Source: Candidatus Actinomarina sp. (GTDB taxonomy: Bacteria > Actinomycetota > Acidimicrobiia > Actinomarinales > Actinomarinaceae). Taken from it: a stretch of DNA of 64,000 nucleotides. The notes beneath the pieces are model-generated. The model did no database searches. It had not been told where the DNA came from and saw only the letters and a program-made list of their open reading frames with translations. The DNA lies in contig JAYQJM010000005.1 in NCBI GenBank assembly GCA_038142145.1, forward strand, positions 366,114 through 430,113. Direction: 5' to 3'. The position numbers and the translations under genes were made by a program. Shown here piece after piece: positions 19,578 to 29,340 of this stretch (position 1 is its first letter; each line of letters begins with the position of its first letter).

Positions 19578-22384
19578 AAAATCAATATTTAAAAATTAAA
19601 GGTGCAAAGGAACATAACTTAAAAAATATTTCAGTTGATATCCCAAAAAATAAAATGGTAGTTATAACTGGTTTATCAGGTTCTGGTAAGTCTTCACTAG
19701 CTTTTGACACTATTTACGCAGAAGGTCAAAGAAGATACGTCGAAAGCTTGTCGGCTTATGCAAGACAATTTTTAGGACAAATGGAAAAGCCTAATGTAGA
19801 AAGCATAGAAGGATTATCTCCGGCTATAGCAATCGACCAAAAAACTTCATCAAGAAGTCCAAGATCTACTGTAGGTACGGTTACAGAGATTCATGATTAT
19901 TTACGGTTACTGTGGGCAAGAATTGGTCAAAGCTATTGTCCTAGTTGCAAGAAAAAAATTGAAAAACAATCCACTGGATTTATAGTCAATCAAATTATGA
20001 AAAACAAAGAAGGCATAAACATTGAAGTTTTAGCTCCAATTGTAAAGTCGAGAAAAGGAGAGTTTGAAAACTTATTTAATGATTTGAAATCTCAAGGCTT
20101 TTCAAGGGTGTTTGTTGATAATGAAATTATAAAACTTGAAGATGCTTCTAAGCTTGATCGTTACTATAACCATGACATCTCAGTTGTAGTAGATAGGATA
20201 AAAATTCAAAAAACTCCGGGAAGGAGATTGCCCCAGTCTATAGAAACTGCTTTAGAGCTTACATCTGGACTAGTTGATATTAAAATCGACGATAAAATTC
20301 AATCCTATAGTCAAAACTTAGGTTGTAATAATTGTGGCATTTCATATGACAATTTAGAACCAAGAGATTTTTCTTTCAATTCACCATTTGGTGCTTGTCA
20401 AACCTGTAATGGTTTAGGTATAAGCTATGAAATTGATGAGAATCTTTTGATAAAAGATTGGGATTTATCAATTGAAGAAAATGTATTCCCAGATATGTCT
20501 ACTAGGAAATACTTTCGCGCACAGATTTATGGAGTTTGTGAACATTTTGGTATTCCCACCAATGTTGCTTATAAAGAATTAAGTAAATCAGAAAGAGAAA
20601 TACTACTTTATGGATCTAAAGGTGAAAGTACTGTCATAAGGTATGTTAATAGATTTGGGAATTCTAGAGTTTGGCATAAGCCATATAAAGGAATTGTAAA
20701 TACATTTAAAAAAAACTACGAAGAAACTTCTTCGGATGCTGCTCGTGAATATTATAAGCAATTCATGAGAGAGTTCGAGTGTAAAAGTTGCAATGGAGAA
20801 AGACTAAACGAAAGGTCAAGATTGGTCAAAGTTGAAAAAATTACCTTAGGTCAATTGAACAGCTTATCAATTTTTGACTGTCTAGAGAAAGTTTCGAAAT
20901 TTAATTTGAAAGGAAACGAATTAGAAATCTCAGAACCGATATTAAGAGAAATCGAAGAAAGGCTTAAGTTTCTAATTGAAGTTGGCTTAGGGTATCTACA
21001 GTTAAGTAGAGGTGCTTCTACTTTATCTGGAGGAGAAGCTCAAAGAATTAGATTAGCAACTCAAATTGGTTCGGGCTTAACTGGTGTTCTCTATGTTCTC
21101 GATGAACCATCTATTGGATTGCATCAAAATGATAACTTAAAGTTGATTGATACTTTATTAAAATTAAAAAGTTTAGGTAATACGGTACTAGTTGTAGAAC
21201 ATGATGAAGAGACTATGAAGAACTCTGATTATTTAATTGATATAGGTTGGGGTGCTGGTGAGCAAGGTGGGAATATTGTTGCTGAAGGAACTTGGAAAGA
21301 AGTTTCATCAAATTCAAAATCAATTACAGGACAATATTTGTCTGGAAAACAAATTGTGCCTTATCCAAAAGTAAGAAGAAAAGGAAATGGTGAAAACATA
21401 GTAATTAGAGGTGCGAAAGAAAACAATCTAAAGAATCAAACAGTTTCTTTTCCACTAGGAAAACTTATTTCAATTACAGGTGTATCTGGTAGTGGAAAGT
21501 CAACTCTTGTTACAGAAATATTATCAAAGGCAATTAAAAATGAATTTTCAAAAAATTTTATTTTACCTGGTTTACATAAGAGTGTAAGTGGAATTTCAAA
21601 CATAGATAAGTTAATTGAAATTGATCAATCACCTATTGGTAGAACTCCTCGCTCCAACCCTGCCACTTATTCTGGAGTATTTGATCAAATAAGAACATTA
21701 TTTTCTATGACTGAAGAATCGAAGATTCGTGGATATAAACCAGGAAGATTCTCATTTAATGTACCAGGTGGACGTTGTGAGGTTTGCAAAGGAGATGGAA
21801 ATATAAAAGTGGAAATGTATTTCTTGCCCGATATATATGTTATTTGTGAAGATTGCAATGGAACAAGGTACAATGATGAAACTTTATCAGTAAGATGGAA
21901 AGGCTACAATATATCCGAAATTCTTAATTTAACAGTTGAGAACGCATTAAATTTATTTGAAAATCAACCTGGAATATTTCGTATTATTAAAACCCTTGAT
22001 GATGTAGGCCTTTCCTATATAACTCTTGGTCAGGCCGCAACAACCCTTTCTGGAGGTGAAGCTCAAAGAGTAAAGTTGGCTAAAGAACTTAGTAAAAGAT
22101 CTACTGGTAAAACTCTATATGTTCTCGACGAACCCACAACAGGACTTCATTTTGCAGATGTTCAAAAATTACTAGAGGTGCTTCATTTATTAGTTGATAA
22201 GGGCAATACGGTTGTAGTTATAGAGCATAATCTTGATGTTGTTAAAAATTCAGATTGGATAATTGATCTTGGTCCCGAAGGTGGTAATAAAGGTGGAAAA
22301 GTGGTTGCTGAAGGAACACCTGAGAGCATTACTAAAGTGAAAGATTCATTGACAGGGTTACATTTAAAAGATGTGTTAAATTGA
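19574..22384 (+). CDS. uvrA: Excinuclease ABC subunit A
   Basis: 936 aa with two ABC modules (GLSGSGKSS and GVSGSGKST, each with LSGGEAQR) and zinc modules. Its ATG overlaps the uvrB stop (ATGA). Confidence 0.97.
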   Translation: MKNQYLKIKGAKEHNLKNISVDIPKNKMVVITGLSGSGKSSLAFDTIYAEGQRRYVESLSAYARQFLGQMEKPNVESIEGLSPAIAIDQKTSSRSPRSTVGTVTEIHDYLRLLWARIGQSYCPSCKKKIEKQSTGFIVNQIMKNKEGINIEVLAPIVKSRKGEFENLFNDLKSQGFSRVFVDNEIIKLEDASKLDRYYNHDISVVVDRIKIQKTPGRRLPQSIETALELTSGLVDIKIDDKIQSYSQNLGCNNCGISYDNLEPRDFSFNSPFGACQTCNGLGISYEIDENLLIKDWDLSIEENVFPDMSTRKYFRAQIYGVCEHFGIPTNVAYKELSKSEREILLYGSKGESTVIRYVNRFGNSRVWHKPYKGIVNTFKKNYEETSSDAAREYYKQFMREFECKSCNGERLNERSRLVKVEKITLGQLNSLSIFDCLEKVSKFNLKGNELEISEPILREIEERLKFLIEVGLGYLQLSRGASTLSGGEAQRIRLATQIGSGLTGVLYVLDEPSIGLHQNDNLKLIDTLLKLKSLGNTVLVVEHDEETMKNSDYLIDIGWGAGEQGGNIVAEGTWKEVSSNSKSITGQYLSGKQIVPYPKVRRKGNGENIVIRGAKENNLKNQTVSFPLGKLISITGVSGSGKSTLVTEILSKAIKNEFSKNFILPGLHKSVSGISNIDKLIEIDQSPIGRTPRSNPATYSGVFDQIRTLFSMTEESKIRGYKPGRFSFNVPGGRCEVCKGDGNIKVEMYFLPDIYVICEDCNGTRYNDETLSVRWKGYNISEILNLTVENALNLFENQPGIFRIIKTLDDVGLSYITLGQAATTLSGGEAQRVKLAKELSKRSTGKTLYVLDEPTTGLHFADVQKLLEVLHLLVDKGNTVVVIEHNLDVVKNSDWIIDLGPEGGNKGGKVVAEGTPESITKVKDSLTGLHLKDVLN

Positions 22385-24186
22385 AAAAACTCAACAATAA
22401 TGAAATTCCTGAAAAACCAGGAATTTATATTTTCAAAGATAAATACCAAGAGCCAATTTATGTTGGTAAAGCAAAGAATTTAAGAAAAAGAGTACCAACA
22501 TATTTTTCTAGTAGCAGTTCATGGAAAGTAAAAAGACTCGTAAATGAAGCTGATGACATTTCTTTTGTAATCTCAAAAAATGAAGCGAATGCATTACTTG
22601 CAGAATATTCATTTATTCAAAAATATAAACCAAAATACAATGTTCAATTTAAAGATGATAAATCTTTTCCATACGTGACTATAACTAATGATGAGTGGCC
22701 TAGAGTAATGGTTACAAGAAACTTAAATAATAAACAGATTAATTTTGGTCCATTTCCTTTTATTGGTTCAGCAAAACGTTCACTAGATCATTTAATTAAT
22801 ATTTTCCCCGTTAGAACTTGTAGTAACTCTATATTTGAAAGACATCATAAGTTAAACAAGCCTTGTTTGCTTTATGATATAGAAAAGTGTTCTGGCCCCT
22901 GTATAGAAAAAATAGACAAAACAACATATAGTCAATATTTGGATGACATTAAAAAATTTTATCAAGGCAACTCAGAAGCTTTTATAGATAATAAAATCTC
23001 AGAAATGAAAACCTATTCTAAGAATCTTGAATTCGAAAAAGCTCAAAAATCAAAACAACTTATACAGCACTTAGAAAACGCAAGGATAACACAAACATTA
23101 ATGACTGCAAAAAATAGCAACGTAGATGTTATAGGTGTGAACATAGGTCAATATGATGTTGTTTTATCTTGCCTCATAATTAGAAATGGAAGAATAGTTG
23201 GAGAAGTTAAAAATACATTTGAACCGTTAAACTTAGATGAAATAGATAGTTACATGCCTCAAATTATTTTAAGTTTATTTGATAAAAATACACCTTCAAA
23301 TGAAATTCTAGTTAGTCATAATATTTCTGAAATTAGTTCTTTGAAAACGCTTTTAGAAGATAAGTGGCAAAAAGAAATAAAAGTTAATTATCCAAAAAAA
23401 GGATGGAAAAAAGATTTACTGGACACTGCTCTTGAAGATGCACAAGAGTTACGGAGAATTTCAGACCTTAAGAGAAGATCGGACTTAGAGTTTAGATCAT
23501 TGTCTTTAGAGCAACTCAAGTCAAAGTTAAATCTAAAAGAAATACCATACAGAATCGAAGCATATGATATTTCAAATCTTGGTGATAAGTTTCGCGTTGG
23601 TTCCATGGTGGTTTTTGAAGATGGAATTTCAAAACCTTCGATGTATAGAAGATTCCATATTAAAACTTTTGAAGGTCAGGATGACTTTAGGTCTATGGAG
23701 GAAATAGTATTTAGACGAATAAAAAGACTAAAAAATGAAAAAGAAGCTGACCAAAGTTTTAGAAGAAAACCGAACCTAATTTTGATTGATGGTGGCAAGG
23801 GACAACTGGGTAAGGCAAAAAGTGTTTTAGATCACTTTGAATTAGATATTGATGTTATAGGTCTTGCTAAAAAAGAAGAAGAAGTATTTTTACCAACTTC
23901 AAAAAAATCAGTCATTTTAAATAAAAATTCTGAAGCTCTTTTTGTATTGCAGAATATTAGAGACGAGGCTCATAGGTTTGCTATTACTGAAAACAAAAGA
24001 TTGAGAGTTAGGGAATTAGATTTAATAGATGTTTTAAGCATTAAAGGGGTTTCACAATCTTCAATAGAAATTTTATTTAATACTCATAAAACACTAAATA
24101 AAATATCAAAGCTTTCAATCAATAAACTTGGTGAATTAGTTTCAGAACAAGAGGCTGAAAAAATTTATAATTACTTTAATAATTAA
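22381..24186 (+). CDS. uvrC: Excinuclease ABC subunit C
   Basis: 601 aa with a GIY-YIG N-terminus (PGIYIFKD...IYVGKAKNLRKRV), a UVR domain, an Endo V-like domain and HhH. Its TTG start overlaps the uvrA stop (TTGA). Confidence 0.95.
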   Translation: MKKLNNNEIPEKPGIYIFKDKYQEPIYVGKAKNLRKRVPTYFSSSSSWKVKRLVNEADDISFVISKNEANALLAEYSFIQKYKPKYNVQFKDDKSFPYVTITNDEWPRVMVTRNLNNKQINFGPFPFIGSAKRSLDHLINIFPVRTCSNSIFERHHKLNKPCLLYDIEKCSGPCIEKIDKTTYSQYLDDIKKFYQGNSEAFIDNKISEMKTYSKNLEFEKAQKSKQLIQHLENARITQTLMTAKNSNVDVIGVNIGQYDVVLSCLIIRNGRIVGEVKNTFEPLNLDEIDSYMPQIILSLFDKNTPSNEILVSHNISEISSLKTLLEDKWQKEIKVNYPKKGWKKDLLDTALEDAQELRRISDLKRRSDLEFRSLSLEQLKSKLNLKEIPYRIEAYDISNLGDKFRVGSMVVFEDGISKPSMYRRFHIKTFEGQDDFRSMEEIVFRRIKRLKNEKEADQSFRRKPNLILIDGGKGQLGKAKSVLDHFELDIDVIGLAKKEEEVFLPTSKKSVILNKNSEALFVLQNIRDEAHRFAITENKRLRVRELDLIDVLSIKGVSQSSIEILFNTHKTLNKISKLSINKLGELVSEQEAEKIYNYFNN

Positions 24187-24225
24187 TTTACCAATTCGTA
24201 TTCAATAAGAACTAATATATCTAAT

Positions 24226-25092
24226 GTGGCAAACAAAAGACCTGAAGTAATTTTATTAGTAGGAATGTCTGGAGCAGGACGTTCTGCTAGTTCTAATGTA
24301 TTTGAGGACATGGGTTATTATGTTATTGAGAATTTACCAGCTGATTTAGTCGAATCTGTAGTCCAATCAAATGATGTAACGGAATCTAACAAACAATTAG
24401 TCCTTACTATTGATGCTAAAGAAGCTTCTGCTCAAAATGATCTCAGGGAAAGTCTTGATAAATTGAGTCAATCAGGAGTTTTAACAAGAATAATCTTTAT
24501 TGATGCCGATAATGAAACTCTTATTGAAAGATATGAAGAAAATAGAAGGCCACATCCTATTGGTCTAGAGTCTATTTCTCAATCAGTTAAAACAGAAAGA
24601 GATCTTTTAAAACCTATAAAAGAACTAGCAGATCAAGTTCTTGATACTACCGATATGAATGTACATGAATTAAGAAAGAGGATTATTGAGGGCTTTCAAG
24701 GTGAAGCATCTAATCAAGATTTAAAAATTTCAGTAACTTCATTTGGGTTTAAAAATGGTACTCCAAGAGATGCAGATATTGTTTTTGATGTAAGATTTCT
24801 TCCAAATCCCCATTGGAGAGAAGAATTGAGAGCATCAACAGGTCAATCGCCAATGGTAAGAAACTATGTTTTATCTTTTGAAGATGCTCAAATTTTTCTG
24901 GATAAAATTAAAGATATGATTGATTTCCTTTTACCAAGATTTATATCTGAAGGAAAGTCGTATGTTGGAATTGCTATTGGTTGTACAGGTGGCAAGCACA
25001 GAAGCGTTGTTATGGCTGAAGAAGTTTATAAGTGGCTAAAAACTCGTGATAATGATTCTGTTGTTATGCATCGTGATATGAAAGAAGCCTAG
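24226..25092 (+). CDS. rapZ: RNase adapter / nucleotide-binding protein RapZ (YvcJ)
   Basis: 288 aa with GMSGAGRS, EDMGYYVIENLP, and C-terminal IGCTGGKHRSV. GTG start. Confidence 0.9.
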   Translation: MANKRPEVILLVGMSGAGRSASSNVFEDMGYYVIENLPADLVESVVQSNDVTESNKQLVLTIDAKEASAQNDLRESLDKLSQSGVLTRIIFIDADNETLIERYEENRRPHPIGLESISQSVKTERDLLKPIKELADQVLDTTDMNVHELRKRIIEGFQGEASNQDLKISVTSFGFKNGTPRDADIVFDVRFLPNPHWREELRASTGQSPMVRNYVLSFEDAQIFLDKIKDMIDFLLPRFISEGKSYVGIAIGCTGGKHRSVVMAEEVYKWLKTRDNDSVVMHRDMKEA

Positions 25093-25093
25093 T

Positions 25094-26242
25094 TTGCAAC
25101 ATAAACTTGGAAACGTATTAGTCAGATCTGATTTAAATGTTCCAATAAAGAATAAAAAAGTTTTAGATAACTTCAGAATATTAAAAGCAGTGTCTTACTT
25201 AGACGACTTAAAAAAAATCTCTAAGAACATAATTTTTTGTTCTCATCTAGGAAGACCTAAAGGTTTTGATTCTACTTTAAGTCTTGAACCAGTTGCTATT
25301 GAGTTGTCTAAAATTATAAATGAAAAAGTTGAGTTCATAAATGATTGCTTACACGAAAATATCAGCGATACAATAAATAATTCAAGTGGAAAAGTTTATT
25401 TATTAGAAAATTTAAGGTTCTATTCAGGTGAAGAAGAAAATGATTTAGAATTTTCAAAAAAATTATCAAATCCTTATGATAGTTTTATATTTGATGCATT
25501 CGGATCTGCTCACAGAGAACATGCCAGCGTAGTTTCAGTTGGAAAATTTTTAGATTCATATCAAGGAAAACTTGTTAGCAAAGAAGTTTCTGAATTAAAA
25601 CCCTTAATTGAAGGACCAGATAAACCTTTCTCAATAATACTTGGTGGTGCAAAGGTATCAGATAAACTTCAGATGATTGAAAATTTATTACCCAATGTTG
25701 ATAATTTACTTTTAGGTGGAGGTATGTGTTTCACATTTTTAAAAGCATTAGGATTCAATATCGGAAAATCATTATTTGAGGAGTCATATGTTCCTATTGC
25801 TAAAAAAATATTAGATTCTACAGAAGGTTCCAAAATATTACTACCCACTGATTTTGGTGTTACAACAGACATAAATTCCTCTGATAGATTTGAAAAGCAA
25901 ATTAACGACTTTGGTGACGATGACATAGGCGTTGATATTGGAAAAGAATCAGTTGAAAGTTTTATCAAACACTTAGAAGATTCAAAAACTATTTTTTGGA
26001 ATGGTCCTATGGGCGTATTTGAAAATAGCGCGTTTGCTTACGGAACAAAAGAAATAACTTCTTTTCTTTCTCAAACAACAGCAAATACAGTTGTAGGAGG
26101 TGGAGATTCGGTTAGTGCTATAAATACTTTTTCTAAATTAAAAATGTTTAATCATATATCAACTGGGGGAGGTGCCTCTATAGAGTTTTTAGAAGGTATT
26201 GATTTGCCAGGTGTTGATAAATATAATTCACTTATAATCTAA
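25094..26242 (+). CDS. pgk: Phosphoglycerate kinase
   Basis: 382 aa with VRSDLNVP, CSHLGRPKG, and FWNGPMGVFE...GGGDS. The TTG start lies 1 nt after the rapZ stop. Confidence 0.93.
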   Translation: MQHKLGNVLVRSDLNVPIKNKKVLDNFRILKAVSYLDDLKKISKNIIFCSHLGRPKGFDSTLSLEPVAIELSKIINEKVEFINDCLHENISDTINNSSGKVYLLENLRFYSGEEENDLEFSKKLSNPYDSFIFDAFGSAHREHASVVSVGKFLDSYQGKLVSKEVSELKPLIEGPDKPFSIILGGAKVSDKLQMIENLLPNVDNLLLGGGMCFTFLKALGFNIGKSLFEESYVPIAKKILDSTEGSKILLPTDFGVTTDINSSDRFEKQINDFGDDDIGVDIGKESVESFIKHLEDSKTIFWNGPMGVFENSAFAYGTKEITSFLSQTTANTVVGGGDSVSAINTFSKLKMFNHISTGGGASIEFLEGIDLPGVDKYNSLII

Positions 26243-26246
26243 AGCT

Positions 26247-27008
26247 ATGAGAAAAATTGTTATTGGAAATTGGAAATTAAATTTGGATCACCTTCAAGGC
26301 ATTCAATTACTTCAAAAAATTAATTATTCAATTGAAAAAGAGACTGAAGAAAAAGTCGATATTGTATTAGCACCTTCACACACATCTTTAAGATCACTTC
26401 AAACAGTTATATCTTCAGATAATTTGAAAATTAAACTTTCTTCACAAGATATATCACAATACAGTGAAGGGGCTTACACAGGTGAAGTCTCGAATTTACA
26501 ACTTGAAAAATTAAATATAACTTACTCAATAATCGGCCACTCAGAGAGAAGAGAGTATTTTAATGAAAATAATGAAATCGTAAATTTAAAAATTAATCAA
26601 GCTTTAGACAAATCCATAACACCCATCGTTTGCTTTGGAGAAGATCTCGAATGTAGAAATAATGGTGAACACTTAAATTTTATCAAAACACAATTGAATG
26701 AAGGATTTAAAGGCATTAGAAAAGATAAGGTTAGTGAAATAATTTTTGCGTATGAACCAATTTGGGCAATAGGTACAGGAAAAGTTGCAGAGTTAGAGGA
26801 TATTGTAGAAGTTTTAAGCTTTGTTAAAGATGAAATAAGTTCAAAAAGTTTTTTTAAAGATACTTTTAGATTTATATATGGTGGAAGCGTTTCCCCAGAT
26901 AATGCAAAAGAAATTTTAAACCTTCCAATTGTCGACGGAGCATTGGTTGGCGGTGCTTCATTAGATGCTGATAAATTTACTAAAGTTATAAATTCAATAG
27001 ACTTATGA
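26247..27008 (+). CDS. tpiA: Triosephosphate isomerase
   Basis: 253 aa with GNWKLN, IGHSERR, and AYEPIWAIGTG. Confidence 0.93.
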   Translation: MRKIVIGNWKLNLDHLQGIQLLQKINYSIEKETEEKVDIVLAPSHTSLRSLQTVISSDNLKIKLSSQDISQYSEGAYTGEVSNLQLEKLNITYSIIGHSERREYFNENNEIVNLKINQALDKSITPIVCFGEDLECRNNGEHLNFIKTQLNEGFKGIRKDKVSEIIFAYEPIWAIGTGKVAELEDIVEVLSFVKDEISSKSFFKDTFRFIYGGSVSPDNAKEILNLPIVDGALVGGASLDADKFTKVINSIDL

Positions 27009-27751
27009 ATTTAATTTTTGTTCGTCATGGTCAAAGTCTTTGGAATTTAGAAAATAAATTTACTGGATGGGTAGATGTAGGTTTAAGCGATAGGGGAAAA
27101 AAAGAAGCTTCTTTAGCTGGTCTTAAGCTTAAAGACGAAGGTTTTATACCGGATATTTGTTATACGTCTTATTTAAATAGATCTAAAGATACAGCAAACA
27201 TTATTTTAGATAATCTAGAAAAAAGAAAAAATTTTAAAATTTTTAATATCTGGGAATTAAATGAACGTCATTACGGAGCTCTTCAAGGTTTAGATAAGAT
27301 TGAAACTGCTAAAAAGTACGGAGAAGATCAAGTTCAACTTTGGAGAAGAAGTTTTGATGTTAAACCACCTAGTATTGATGAATCATCAGATCATAATCCA
27401 AAAAATGATCCAATTTATAAAGATGTAGATGGTAACTTACCAGTTGGTGAATCACTAAAAGATGTGGTTCAAAGAGTGGAAGGTACTTTAAAAAATATTT
27501 TGTTAGAAACAAATAACTTTAACATTTTAGTTGTAGCACACGGAAATAGTATTCGTGCCATGATAAAAATCTTAGAAAACATTTCTGATAAAGAGATAGC
27601 TGAAGTTAATATTCCAACTGGTTTACCTCTTGCTTTTAACATAGATGGTGAAAAAATTGAAAGAATTGGCTATTTGGCAGATGAAAATGAATTAAAGAAA
27701 TTAGAAAAAGAAGTAGAAATGCAGTCTAAAGTAAGTTCTGAGGAGGGTTAA
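27005..27751 (+). CDS. gpmA: 2,3-bisphosphoglycerate-dependent phosphoglycerate mutase
   Basis: 248 aa with RHGQSLWN, ERHYGALQG, and VVAHGNSIRA. Confidence 0.9.
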   Translation: MNLIFVRHGQSLWNLENKFTGWVDVGLSDRGKKEASLAGLKLKDEGFIPDICYTSYLNRSKDTANIILDNLEKRKNFKIFNIWELNERHYGALQGLDKIETAKKYGEDQVQLWRRSFDVKPPSIDESSDHNPKNDPIYKDVDGNLPVGESLKDVVQRVEGTLKNILLETNNFNILVVAHGNSIRAMIKILENISDKEIAEVNIPTGLPLAFNIDGEKIERIGYLADENELKKLEKEVEMQSKVSSEEG

Positions 27752-27760
27752 TATTTACTA

Positions 27761-27997
27761 ATGGATATTATTACTGCAGTTCTAGTAACAGTTCATATTA
27801 TCATATCAATTGCACTGGTAGCTTTAGTGTTGTTGAATAGTGGTAAAGGCGGAGGTTTGTCAGATATGCTTGGTGGCACTGGATCTTCAGGTAACATTGG
27901 TCAAACTCTAGCTGAAAGAAATTTAAGTAGAATCACAGCACTTGTGGCATTGCTCTTTGCAGCTACTACTTTATCTCTTTTTTGGTTTTTAGATTGA
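27761..27997 (+). CDS. secG: Preprotein translocase subunit SecG
   Basis: 78 aa with two TM segments and a Gly-rich loop (SGKGGGLSDMLGG). It follows tpiA as in other actinobacteria. Confidence 0.8.
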   Translation: MDIITAVLVTVHIIISIALVALVLLNSGKGGGLSDMLGGTGSSGNIGQTLAERNLSRITALVALLFAATTLSLFWFLD

Positions 27998-28001
27998 ATT
28001 A

Positions 28002-28085
28002 GCGCGGGTGGCGGAACTGGTAGACGCGCAGGATTAAGGATCCTGTGGGGTAAAACCCGTGGAGGTTCGAGTCCTCTTCCGCGCA
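28002..28085 (+). tRNA. tRNA-Leu, class II, anticodon reads AAG (28036-28038); CCA not encoded
   Basis: The sequence is GCGCGGGTGGCGGAACTGGTAGACGCGCAGGATTAAGGATCCTGTGGGGTAAAACCCGTGGAGGTTCGAGTCCTCTTCCGCGCA. The anticodon stem CAGGA/TCCTG is all Watson-Crick, with loop TTAAGGA (U33, G37). The T arm is GAGG-TTCGAGT-CCTC. The call as tRNA-Leu is firm; the anticodon should be confirmed with a covariance model. Confidence 0.85.
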
Positions 28086-28089
28086 CAAT

Positions 28090-28737
28090 ATGAATAACGT
28101 TATTGCTATCATAAATGATCCTGATGTAACTTTAGGAACTATACCTTCCTCAGTTAAAACTCTAAATGCTTGGGAAGTTGCTTGGGAAAATTTAGATCTT
28201 ACAAATACTTATATCATCTTAGGTGGACATATGGGATCTTATGACGATTCAGAACATGAGTATTTAAAGTCTGAAAAGAAATGGTTACAAAGTGCTGTTA
28301 AAAATAACACAAAAATATTAGGTATTTGTTTAGGTGCACAGTTGCTTTCAGATGCTCTTGGCGGTGAAGCATATCTTGCTGACAACATTGAATTTGGATT
28401 TAAAACTTTAAATTTTGAAACTGACATGGAGAAATTTAGTGAGTTTACAGATGTGAAAGTATTTACATGGCATAGGGACACTTTCTTAATTCCACCAGGT
28501 GCAAAATTAGTTGCTTATACAAATTTTCCACAAATTTATACAATAAAAAACACTGTTGCCTTTCAATTTCATCCAGAAATTAGTAAAGCTTTATTTACTA
28601 AATGGTATAAGAAGGAAGGATCAAAAGAAGAGTTAGCCAAATTCGATGTAGATTCAGAACTTAATTATCTTGAAGAAAATATAGATAGTCTTTCTGTAGC
28701 TATGAATAATTTTTTAAACAAGTGGTTAGTTTCTTAA
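28090..28737 (+). CDS. Class I glutamine amidotransferase-like protein
   Basis: 215 aa with the nucleophile elbow ILGICLGAQLL and FQFHPE (His/Glu). Confidence 0.72.
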   Translation: MNNVIAIINDPDVTLGTIPSSVKTLNAWEVAWENLDLTNTYIILGGHMGSYDDSEHEYLKSEKKWLQSAVKNNTKILGICLGAQLLSDALGGEAYLADNIEFGFKTLNFETDMEKFSEFTDVKVFTWHRDTFLIPPGAKLVAYTNFPQIYTIKNTVAFQFHPEISKALFTKWYKKEGSKEELAKFDVDSELNYLEENIDSLSVAMNNFLNKWLVS

Positions 28738-29306
28738 ATACTCAAAATTTTATCGATATATTTATTTAAAATTTCAAATTTTTTTTCCAATACCTTTTCC
28801 TCCAATATGTAATTTTTAATTTCTGGATTAATTGGTGACATTACACACAGTTCATAAAATTTATTTATCCTATTGTATGAATCGATAATAAAATTCGGAA
28901 TTTTTAAGTTTATTCCATTTTCAATTAACTTTGCTGTGGCATTAATAATTTTCTTTTCTAAACTTTCCAATTCAGATATTTCTGGTGGCAATCCAATGTC
29001 GTTATGTTCTAAGCTTTCAATTTTTGGATATTCATTTTCAAAATTAAAATTTTTTAATTTATAATTTTGCAGACATTGAATTATAACTAATTGTTCTGCG
29101 TTATCGATGTCCTGATATTCAATAATTCTTACTTCTGAAATAATTTGATTTTCGGTGTTTAAATCAACTCCTACGGTGAATGTTTCATCATTTTTTATAC
29201 AATCTGCAATTAATAGTAAATATCTTGGTTCAAATACTTTTAAAGCAGAAATTTCATTTGGGAAATAATGAATACCAGCACCAAAGTAAGGAAAATCAAC
29301 TAACAT
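28734..29306 (-). CDS. LON N-terminal (substrate-binding, PUA-like) domain protein
   Basis: The product from the internal ATG (rc of 29304-29306) starts [33 protein letters not shown]. The track's longer ORF to 29462 would overlap guaC by 120 nt and adds only a low-complexity extension. Confidence 0.62.
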   Translation of the reverse strand: MLVDFPYFGAGIHYFPNEISALKVFEPRYLLLIADCIKNDETFTVGVDLNTENQIISEVRIIEYQDIDNAEQLVIIQCLQNYKLKNFNFENEYPKIESLEHNDIGLPPEISELESLEKKIINATAKLIENGINLKIPNFIIDSYNRINKFYELCVMSPINPEIKNYILEEKVLEKKFEILNKYIDKILSI

Positions 29307-29340
29307 TATTCTGTTAATTAGGATAACAAGGTTAAATAAT

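Noticed and set aside
19214-19585. Long antisense ORFs in the track lying inside well-supported genes. Examples: 19214-19585, 7412-7684, 13774-13989, 14086-14346, 18608-18859, 22183-22449, 25669-25968, 31530-31799, 44585-44812, 51376-51693, 56197-56427, 59898-60089.
   Set aside because: Each lies wholly within a homology-supported CDS on the other strand or in another frame. Each has low-complexity Ser/Phe/Leu/Ile-rich or Gln/Leu-rich composition, as expected from reading AT-rich or GAA-rich coding DNA backwards. None has a recognisable motif.
27901-28086. A 61-aa minus-strand ORF (MRGRGLEPPRVLPHRILNPARLPVPPPAL...).
   Set aside because: Its Pro/Arg-rich part is simply the reverse translation of the GC-rich tRNA-Leu gene (28002-28085), and the rest overlaps secG.
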